A DNA stretch of 37,995 bases from the IMG/VR virus record IMGVR_UViG_3300045922_000127, positions 1 through 37,995 of that record. The stretch is one strand, 5' to 3'. The translations under genes and the position numbers were made by a program. This document shows positions 6,567 to 14,900 of this stretch, one piece after another. The notes under the pieces were generated by a model. That model worked only from the letters and a program-made list of their open reading frames with translations, made no database searches and was not told the DNA's origin. The stretch is from a virus. The first letter of the stretch is position 1. Every line of letters starts with the position of its first letter.

Positions 6567-6637
6567 GCCATACGCGACACCGCCCGCCACCCGAACTAGT
6601 CGAGCAGCGGGCGGTGTGCAGTCAGTCAGTCAATCAT

Positions 6638-6718
6638 CTAGCTCACGCACGTAGCGAGCCGCCAATCAGCCCACTCGCCGAGCAGCTCCAGCACCTCGAT
6701 CTTCTTCGCCATCGTCAT
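6638..6718 (-). CDS. possible 26-aa leader micro-ORF
   Basis: GAGGAAGGA (6730-6722), then ATG 6718, giving MTMAKKIEVLELLGEWADWRLATCVS. It lies between two tandem promoters. Very short. Confidence 0.2.
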   Translation of the reverse strand: MTMAKKIEVLELLGEWADWRLATCVS

Positions 6719-6765
6719 GCATCCTTCCTCATCGAGAGCCTGCACCATACAAGCCACCACACCCG

Positions 6766-6795
6766 ATCATAGCGCCGGCGCTAGCCAAGCGTCAA
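6766..6795 (-). promoter_or_regulatory. leftward promoter candidate (TTGACG-N18-TATGAT) overlapped by a 14-bp palindrome
   Basis: On the minus strand, TTGACG is at 6795-6790 and TATGAT at 6771-6766. The palindrome TAGCGCCGGCGCTA (6770-6783) covers the -10 edge and the spacer. Confidence 0.55.
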
Positions 6796-6858
6796 GCACA
6801 ACCCCGAGCACCACGACGACGACCTCGACGACCTCGCCGAGCCGCGTCGAGGTGAGCC

Positions 6859-6959
6859 GTGCCGGCACACGGCACGACGTACCGCCACAAGGCACACCGC
6901 CGCCTGCCGTGCCACCACACGGCACACTGTGCCGCACCACGGCACACGGCACACGGCAC
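6859..6959. repeat. cluster of ten GGCAC/GTGCC pentamers including three tandem CACGGCA heptamers
   Basis: GGCAC starts at 6864, 6871, 6891, 6921, 6941, 6948 and 6955. GTGCC starts at 6859, 6909 and 6929. Palindromes GTGCCGGCAC (6859-6868) and GGCACACTGTGCC (6921-6933). Heptamer run at 6938-6958. Confidence 0.85.
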
Positions 6960-6970
6960 AGGCTGGAGTG

Positions 6971-7120
6971 CTGCTAACTACTGCTAGCAGACTGCTAACT
7001 CCAGTTAGCAGAGTGCGAACTCCAGCAAGCAGGCTGCTAACTACTGTTAGCACACTGCGAACTACCGCTAGCAGACTGCTAACTACAGCAAGCACCCGTC
7101 CTGCTAACTAAAGTTAGCAC
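6971..7120. repeat. seven tandem 20-bp imperfect palindromes, consensus CTGCTAACT-NN-AGTTAGCAG
   Basis: Units start at 6971, 6992 (perfect arms), 7013, 7034, 7055 and 7076 with an exact 21-bp period, then at 7101. Confidence 0.9.
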
Positions 7121-7418
7121 CCCTCGACGTGTCCAATGTCAAGACACCAGACACGCGCCGGCGCGTACAGGCTTGCCGCGAGTGCCACCACCACCACAAC
7201 ACGCCTGCTCAGCACACCTACGCCACCACCCGGGGCCATGCATCGACCTCGACGGGTCGAGGTAGGGCACTCCCGCCAGCCGCACACGAGCGCACGCAAC
7301 CGGGCAAGTGCCGAGGCACCCGGCGGCGTGTGTGTTGTGTCTCCTTCTCTGCTGTGTTCACTTTTCGTGGTGGGGTGTGTTGTGGGTGGTTTCGTGTTGG
7401 TGGGTTGGTGGTGGGGAT

Positions 7419-7466
7419 GGGGGCGCCGCCCGCTGTTGCGGGCGGAGGCGGCGCCCCCTTCGTTCT
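7419..7466 (+). terminator. strong GC hairpin followed by a T-rich tail
   Basis: GGGGGCGCCGCC (7419-7430) pairs with GGCGGCGCCCCC (7447-7458), with an inner CGC/GCG stem, followed by TTCGTTCT. Confidence 0.45.
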
Positions 7467-7528
7467 GGGGCGTTGGTTGCCTGGTTACGTGCCCCCCCTT
7501 CGGTTGCCGCACCCGAAGTCCCGACCGT

Positions 7529-7550
7529 TGTGGATATCTGTGTGGATATC
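7529..7550. repeat. direct repeat TGTGGATATC x2 (12-bp spacing)
   Basis: Copies at 7529-7538 and 7541-7550. Each contains the GATATC palindrome. Confidence 0.8.
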
Positions 7551-7856
7551 CGAGCACGGTTCACGCTCGTTCCCACCGTGCAGGTGGGGTGTTGTGTGTT
7601 GGTCGTCCCACGGCTTACACGCTGCTGGTGTTGCAGCTCGCGCCCGAGTGTCCTGACGCCTTCGGCGCTTCCGCGTGGGACCGGTCCCCGTTTCCGGCCA
7701 CTTTCCCCTCCGCTGGCTGACCAGGCTGATGTGCGGGTTCGGGGCTTGCTCCCTCACCTCCTGTCGTCCCGACGGTGGTGGGGCTGGGTTGTTGCGAGGG
7801 GATGATGGCATGGGGTGGGGGGCGGTGTCAAGCATCAGCGACGCTGGTTGGGTACG

Positions 7857-9800
7857 ATGCTTGTTGTGCCGCGGCGACGGATCGACCCTTCAGATGTGGC
7901 CCGCTACTGGGAGCTGCGAGCGATCGGGTGGAATATTCAGAACGCAGCCCGCGACGTTGGGATACACGTCAACACGGCGTCGAAGTGGGAGAAGAAAGCC
8001 CGCGACGCCCGCGAAGCGACGAAAGCGCACACGAGGGAGATCGCGGCGGCGCTCGAAGGTGGGATGCAACGCTCCACGGCGCGGCGGGAGGCGTTCAGCG
8101 ACGAGCTGAACGGACCCATCCCCCTCTCGGCGCTGTGCGCCGAGGCAAGGAAAGGGTTGGAGGACTTCGAATACTTCCGCAGGGTGTACCTGGGTCGGGT
8201 GCCGTCACCGTGGCAGGTCGAAGCCGCGTACAAGATCAAAGCGCTGCTGGAATCCGACGACAAAGAACGCGTCGTGCTGAACGTCGCCCCCGGCGTCGGG
8301 AAATCCACCCTGTGGCACGACATTGCGGTGTGGATGATCTGCCGCGACCGCTCCATCCGCATCCTCATCGGCTCCATCTCCGGTGTGCTAGCGAAACAGT
8401 ATTCGGATCGGATACGCAACACCCTCGAGCGCACAGAGCCGATCATGCCCTCCGACTACGAGATCGCGAAAGGGCTCGCCGTCCCCGCCACCCGCTGCCT
8501 CGCAGTTGATTACGGCAGGTTCCGCCCCATCTCGGCTGGCAGCTTGTGGCGCAAAGAGGAGTTCATCGTCGAACAGCACGGACAGCAGGCGATCAACAAC
8601 AAAGAACCCACCGTCTCCGCGTACGGGATGGACGCCGAGTTCATCGGCCACCGCGCCAACCTGTGCCTGTTCGACGACGTAGCCAACACTGAGAACGCGA
8701 AAGAATCCGCCGCCCGCGACCGCCTCATCGAAAAATGGGACGCGGTCGCAGAAGCCCGCGTCGAAGCCGGCGGCCTCCTCGCCGTCATCGGGCAACGCCT
8801 AGGACCAAACGACCTGTACGCCCACTGCTTGGCGAAGAAAACATGGGACCCCGACGACCCCGACGTCGAGCAGGAAACCCCCATGTACCATCACCTGGTT
8901 TACAAGGCGTACTACGAAGAGCTCGACACCGGCATCGAATCGAAACGCCCCAACGCCCCCGCCTGGCCGAACGGCCCCCTGCTCGACCCGAAACGCCTCC
9001 CGTGGAAAGACCTCGTGCAAATCCGCCAGGCGAACCGCCAAAAATTCGAGGTTGTCTACCAGCAGAACGCCAACACCGACACCAACGCGTTGATCTTGCG
9101 TGTGTGGGCCACCGGCGGGATGGGACCGGACGGGGTGCTGTACCCCGGGTGCATCGACGACGACCGCCAACCAGGGCACCCGCCACCAGACCTGAAACCG
9201 CCGGTGCTGTCCATCGGCACCATCGACCCGTCCCCCACCGAATACTGGGCTGTCGAATGGTGGCTGCACCAACCAGAAACCGGCCTGCGATGGCTGGTTG
9301 ACATGGAACGCCGCCGCATGACCGCCGAGGAAGTGTTGGGCTACGACACGATCACCGGCACCCACTTCGGGATCATGGAAGACTGGCAGAACCGCTCCGC
9401 CGCCCAACACTATCCGATCACCCACTGGGTGGTGGAAACGAACGCGGCGCAACGATTCCTCCTCGCCCACGACTTCGTGCGCCGCTGGCAAGCGAAACAC
9501 CGAGTCAACATCATCCCCCACCAGACACACGCCAACAAATGGGACGAACGGTTCGGCATCGAAGCGTTGCTCCCCCCGCTGTGGCGGTCAGGTGCGGTGC
9601 GAATCCCCACACTCCGATCCAACTGGAAAACGTTGGCGTTCATCGACGAGATGGTGTCATGGAAACCTGACAAGAAACGCGGCACCGACATGGTTATGGC
9701 ACACTGGTTCGCGGAGCTTCACTGGCCGAACGTCCAACAGATCAAACCCCCACCCCGCCAGTGGAGACCCACGTTCATGCAACCCGCGAGGAGCGCCTGA
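7857..9800 (+). CDS. terL: terminase large subunit with an N-terminal HTH domain
   Basis: N-terminal WNIQNAARDVGIHVNTASKWEKK (HTH), Walker A NVAPGVGKST and Walker B-like LCLFDD. It is the first gene of the late block. Alternative GTG start at 7815. Confidence 0.85.
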   Translation: MLVVPRRRIDPSDVARYWELRAIGWNIQNAARDVGIHVNTASKWEKKARDAREATKAHTREIAAALEGGMQRSTARREAFSDELNGPIPLSALCAEARKGLEDFEYFRRVYLGRVPSPWQVEAAYKIKALLESDDKERVVLNVAPGVGKSTLWHDIAVWMICRDRSIRILIGSISGVLAKQYSDRIRNTLERTEPIMPSDYEIAKGLAVPATRCLAVDYGRFRPISAGSLWRKEEFIVEQHGQQAINNKEPTVSAYGMDAEFIGHRANLCLFDDVANTENAKESAARDRLIEKWDAVAEARVEAGGLLAVIGQRLGPNDLYAHCLAKKTWDPDDPDVEQETPMYHHLVYKAYYEELDTGIESKRPNAPAWPNGPLLDPKRLPWKDLVQIRQANRQKFEVVYQQNANTDTNALILRVWATGGMGPDGVLYPGCIDDDRQPGHPPPDLKPPVLSIGTIDPSPTEYWAVEWWLHQPETGLRWLVDMERRRMTAEEVLGYDTITGTHFGIMEDWQNRSAAQHYPITHWVVETNAAQRFLLAHDFVRRWQAKHRVNIIPHQTHANKWDERFGIEALLPPLWRSGAVRIPTLRSNWKTLAFIDEMVSWKPDKKRGTDMVMAHWFAELHWPNVQQIKPPPRQWRPTFMQPARSA

Positions 9801-11602
9801 TGAGAACCGTCGACGAGATCGTGAACCTGTGGAACGAACGGGTGCAACGCCTCGGTCCCGTCCACTCGCGCATCCGCGAAGTTCGACGCATCGCAGACGC
9901 CGATATCATCCTCCCGCTCAACGAGCTGGACCGCAACGCCAGGGCGTCGGTTGCGAACCTGCTGCTGCAAGGCTTGGATCAGATGTCCGCCAGGGTGGCG
10001 TCGGTGATCCCCCACCCGTATTTCGCCCCGTTGAAACAGTCGGAGCGGGCACGGCAGGACGCGAGAACCCGCCGCAACACGGTGCTGTCGTGGTGGGATC
10101 GCAACCAGCTCGACCTGAAGCTCTCCTACCGGGCCAGGCATCTGCTCGCCTACTCGTTCTCCCCGGTGATCGTCGAACCGTGCTTCAAGCGGATGATCCC
10201 CAAGTGGCGGGTCCACAACCCGCTGGATGTGTTCCCCGCGGCGATGGACCAACCAGACGACATGTGGCCCGACGATGTGATCGTCGCATGGGAGGTCACC
10301 ACCCGCTGGTTGCTGCGCGAACACCCCGAACAAGCCCGCCGCCTCAACGTGCGCCCCAACCGCCCTGATGACCGCTGGCATGTGCTCCGCTACATCGACG
10401 ACCAGGAATCGGTGCTGTGCGTCGCCGGCACCGCCCAACCACCCACCGAAACCCGCATCGACTGGCCAGCCACCTCACATTCGGTTGCGGTCGAGCTGTC
10501 AAGAACCCCGAACCGTGCCGGGGTGCCGCTGGTGGTGATCCCGCAACGCATCACACTCAACCAGCCGCGAGGCCAGTTCGACGGGATGATGAACATGTAC
10601 TACACCCGCGCCCGCCTCCAAGCACTCAACGAGATCGCGATCGAACGCGGCATCTTCCCGAACGAATGGTTGATCGCCCGCCCCGGAGAGCACCCTGAGG
10701 TGATCGTCAACGCCGACGGCAGACAAGGGATCGTCGGTGTCGTCAAAGGCGGCATCATCGAGAAGATGGAAGTGAACCCCGGATACAAAACCGACACTGC
10801 CCTGGACCGGTTGGAACGCCAAGAACGCGTCGAAGGTGCGATCCCCCCCGAGTTCGCCGGTGAATCAGGGTCGAACATCCGCACCGGACGCCGCGGTGAC
10901 AGCATCCTGTCCGCCACCATCGACTATCGGGTGATGGAAGCGCAACGCCTGTTCGAGAAATCGTTGACCGTCGAAGATCGCATCGCCGTCGCCGTCGACA
11001 AAGCGTATTGGGGTTCGATCCCCAAGTCGTTCCTGATGCCCGGACGCGCCCCCGACGGTCGGATCGACTATGTGCCGAACAAGTTGTGGGAATCCGACGA
11101 ACATGTGGTCACCTACCCCGCTGCCGGTTCCGATATCAACAACCTGGTGATCGGGTTGGGGCAGCGGATCGGCACCGGGATCATGTCGAAAGAAACCGCC
11201 CGCGAATCCGACCCGCTGATCTCCGACCCGGAGCTGGAGAAAGACCGCATCGTGCGCGAAGGGTTGGAAGCAGCGTTCCTCGCGTCGATCCAACAACAAG
11301 CAGCCGACCCGAACGGCCCCTACCAGCCCCGCGACCTCGCCGCGATCGTCCGCAAAGTGCTCGACGAGAACAAACCGCTGTTCCAAGCAGTCGAAGAAGT
11401 CGACAACGAAGCCCGCGAACGGCAAGCCACCCAAGTACCAGAAGGGGACCCGATGACCCAACCAGGGTTGGCGACCCCCGGCATGGGAGCGGAAGCACCC
11501 GAAGCGGTGCCACCAGTGGAACGATCCGTCGCGAACCTCGGCACGATGCTCAACCAGCTGCGCCGCCCAGTCGCGGTGGCGAACACGATGAGCGGTGGTT
11601 GA
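9800..11602 (+). CDS. portal protein (600 aa)
   Basis: GAGGAG upstream and a TGATG overlap with the terminase stop. Size and position directly after the terminase fit a portal. No catalytic motif is expected. Confidence 0.7.
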   Translation: MRTVDEIVNLWNERVQRLGPVHSRIREVRRIADADIILPLNELDRNARASVANLLLQGLDQMSARVASVIPHPYFAPLKQSERARQDARTRRNTVLSWWDRNQLDLKLSYRARHLLAYSFSPVIVEPCFKRMIPKWRVHNPLDVFPAAMDQPDDMWPDDVIVAWEVTTRWLLREHPEQARRLNVRPNRPDDRWHVLRYIDDQESVLCVAGTAQPPTETRIDWPATSHSVAVELSRTPNRAGVPLVVIPQRITLNQPRGQFDGMMNMYYTRARLQALNEIAIERGIFPNEWLIARPGEHPEVIVNADGRQGIVGVVKGGIIEKMEVNPGYKTDTALDRLERQERVEGAIPPEFAGESGSNIRTGRRGDSILSATIDYRVMEAQRLFEKSLTVEDRIAVAVDKAYWGSIPKSFLMPGRAPDGRIDYVPNKLWESDEHVVTYPAAGSDINNLVIGLGQRIGTGIMSKETARESDPLISDPELEKDRIVREGLEAAFLASIQQQAADPNGPYQPRDLAAIVRKVLDENKPLFQAVEEVDNEARERQATQVPEGDPMTQPGLATPGMGAEAPEAVPPVERSVANLGTMLNQLRRPVAVANTMSGG

Positions 11603-11603
11603 C

Positions 11604-11978
11604 ATGGCGTACGGGAACCGCACCGACCTGAACAACGCTGTGAAACAAGCCGAGTTCACCGGCCAACCCTACGGGCAAGCAACCGCGCAACGCCGCGCGC
11701 AACGAGCCGTCCCACCAGGCCCACCCCCCACCGAAACCAACACGGCTGGTCCGGTCGCCGGCGGGTTGACCCCACTGGATGCACCCACCCAACGGCCCGC
11801 CGAACCGGTCACCACCGGTCTGCCGTTCGGAGCGGGCGCAGGCCCCGAAGCGTTGGGTGCGACCGGCATCCAACCAGGTTCCCGTGAAGATGTGATCCTG
11901 CGGGTGCGTGCGATGGCAGCCCGCTACCCGAACCCTGCGTTGATCGCGGTGCTGCAAGCGTTGGAGTCGAAACGGTGA
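11604..11978 (+). CDS. hypothetical virion-module protein (124 aa), Pro/Gly-rich centre
   Basis: The ATG lies 2 nt after the portal stop (alternative GTG 11595). The stop overlaps the next gene (GTGA). Confidence 0.6.
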   Translation: MAYGNRTDLNNAVKQAEFTGQPYGQATAQRRAQRAVPPGPPPTETNTAGPVAGGLTPLDAPTQRPAEPVTTGLPFGAGAGPEALGATGIQPGSREDVILRVRAMAARYPNPALIAVLQALESKR

Positions 11979-14900
11979 ACGACTACGACGAGATGCTCGC
12001 CGCGCACGCACGGCAGGTGGCGTTCCGACGCGAAACGGAACGCCGCGCCCGCGAAACCACCCCCCAGCAGGCAGCGACCGTCACCAAAGGCTGGTTAGCG
12101 AACCGGAACCTGAACGTCGAAGCGATGGTGTCGGCTGTGCTGGCCGGTGCCGACGAGCAGATGCTGTGGAACATGAACCAGGCGGCAACCAAACAGATGC
12201 TCCAGGCTGGTGTCGCCCCCGAATCCCCCGCCACGACCAGCCGGCGGCAGCTCGGGTTGAGCACCACAGTCGGAGCGAAAGTTGGTGCAAGCAGCGAACC
12301 CAACCCGTTGCAGCGAGGCGCGATGGCGGTCTCACGCGGCGTGTTCACCGGGCTCATGTCGTTCCCACAGTACCTGGAGAACCTCGCCGGGCAAGCTCTG
12401 CCGCTCCCCGGACAAGACGACTGGAAACCATCCGATCTTGTCAACCTCGTCACCGGCATCCCACAAGCGGCACGCGCCACCGAGCTCGGTCAGGTTGTGG
12501 AAACCGCGTTCCGCACCGGCAGCGTCGATCAGGGCTCAGGATGGTTCCCGCAAGGCCAGGTGCGCGAAGCGCAAGCCGAACGGCAACGCGACCTGTTGGG
12601 CACCGTCACCGGTCGCGACGGTCAACAAGTCGCGTGGACACTCGGACGTGGCATCGCCAGCGACCTCGCCAGCATCAACGTCATCAACCGGGACAGCCTG
12701 TGGTTCGATCTCGTCTCCGGAACCGTCGACGCAGTGATCGAGATGGTCACCGACCCCACCAACTACATCCCAGTCGCCGGGTGGGGTGACGAAGCGATCA
12801 AAGGGATGGCTGCGGTCGGCGGCAGAACCGGACGCCGTGTCGCAGAGCTCCGCCAGGCTGCGGTCGCCGCCGAAGCAGCAGGCGACACCGTGCTCGCCGA
12901 GCGAACGTGGCGGGCTATGGCCCAAGAGCTCGGTGCGCCACGACGCCTCCTCAACAACGCCACCACCCCAACCGATGTGGCGATCCGCGCCGCGCTCCTC
13001 CACGAAGCCGGTGTCGTCGGATCGAACGGGACGCGCACCATCCTGCTGCCAGAGTTCGCCCGGTTCCTCACCACCGGCAACGGTCGTCGCGTCGTGGAAC
13101 GCATGGTGGAAGAAACCAACGTGGCGCGCATCGCCAGGTTGCACAAGAACAAGGTGTCCGGTGCCGTCGCCCGCCAGCTCGCGGAAGCGAAAACACCGGA
13201 AGAAGTGATCGAAGTGTACGCGCGGGCGATGGCGAACCCCGGCGCAGATTTGGCGAACAGCGTCCAACAGATGCCGCACCTCACCCCGATGAGCCTGACC
13301 AGCATGGGGTTGTGGGTGCAAGACAAGCTGGCGTCCCGCACCCGACTGTGGAACCTGCGCCCCACCGACGCCGCCATCAACATCAACGACCCGTACGGGT
13401 ACACCAAGATCGACCAGCTGTATCGCACCATGCCGGTGGAGCCGTCGCTGGCTGTCGGCAGATACAACACCGAGCTGCGCGACCTGCGGATCAAACAGTT
13501 CATCGAAGCGCAAGCCACCGGCGACGAAGGCCAGATCAAGAACGTGGTGAACGCGATCGCAGATGATTTCCGCAGAACGTTCGTGAAGCTCGGGTTCTCC
13601 GAAGATCAAGCCACCCAGGCGACACGGTGGGCGACCGAAGAACAGATCGCCGGGTCGTATCGCACCGCGGACCTGTTGGGTGGCGGGCCGGTTGATGACA
13701 GCATCCTGTTGACGACACAGGTGCTGCAAAACGATGTGCACGTCATCGACCCGCAGATGTTCAACCAGATGTATCGGGAGATGACCCGGTTGCGTCAAGT
13801 GCTGCGCTCCAACCCGGCGTTCTCCACCTGGCAGCGAACACAACGAGCCCTGTACGACGCGGTGATCGAACGCGAAGCCGCCGAAGCCGCGCAAGATTGG
13901 GCTGCTGTCCGCAACCTCGACAAACAGGTGCGCTCCCTCGAAGCGAAACGGACACGTCTCATCGAGAAACAACGCGCCGGCGGCGACGCGTTGGCGGTGT
14001 CGCTTGTTCGCGGTGTCCAGATGATCGCAGACAACGCGATGGGGTTCCTGAAGAACATCATGATCCTCCGCGGCGCCTACCTGCCACGGGTCATCGGGGA
14101 GGAGATCGCCCGCACCGCAGGCGGCAACGTGTACGGCAACGACCCGCTGGAGATGATCGCCACCATGATCCGGTGGGCGTACAACAACGACGCCACCGGG
14201 CAACGGTTCGTGCGCGCCGTCTCCGACTACGACAGCCTGGCGTTGCTGCGCGACGACCGCGCCGCCGAACTGGCGATCCTGCGCCGCTCCGGAGCCTCAC
14301 AGAAACAGATGGATGAGGCGCAACGCGCTCTCGACGAGATCGACAACATGCTCGCCAACCTCGACGACACCGTGCAGTCGTCGATGGCGGAGTTCAACGA
14401 GGCGATGATCGGGCGGGACCGGTTCGACGCGTTGCGAACCGTCACGAAAGGGAACGCCGAATCGCAGATACGCACCGGTTCACGCCAAGTGGCTGATGTG
14501 CGAATCCCCGCCCAGCAACGCAACTGGGTTCGAGGCGTAGCCGACCGAGTGTCGTTCCTGTCCGGTGACCCGGTGATGCGCCGCCTCGCCAGAGGCCGCT
14601 TCGGTGACAAAGCGCTCGTCACCATCGACGGGATCACCGACAGCATCCCCAACCATCTCGCAGCCGGTCGCATCGTCGACCACGCCGACGCGGTGACCCA
14701 CTGGTTGCGGTCTGGTGGCGGCAGACCGTATCTGGATCGGATCGCTCGAGCCCGCGCCGCCGACAACATCCCGTTCGACCCGAACAGCCATGTGGCTGTG
14801 CGCGGCTGGGTGCAAGACATGTTGGACGAGCTGCAAACCGTCACCGGCGGCGACGAAACACTGATCTCCGCTGTCGGCACAGGCCGCTTCGACGGGCGAC

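Noticed and set aside
6717-7111. ORFs 6717..6977 plus, 6781..7095 minus and 6929..7111 plus across the repeat arrays
   Set aside because: Their translations are merely the repeats read as protein (LLTTASR, HGTRH). The sequence is better explained as DNA-level binding-site arrays.
6971-7120. Possible CRISPR array, given regularly spaced repeats
   Set aside because: The units abut with a single spacer nucleotide (21-bp period), so there are no spacers. The repeats are short palindromes and no cas genes are present.
7129-7835. Overlapping ORFs in three plus frames and two minus frames in the control region (for example 7136..7720, which has a hydrophobic VCVVSPSLLCSLFVVGCVVGGFVLVGWWWGW stretch)
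   Set aside because: All frames are open simultaneously because A is rare. Third positions are T-rich, unlike every confident gene here, there is no SD, and hairpins and repeats run through them. They are treated as non-coding.
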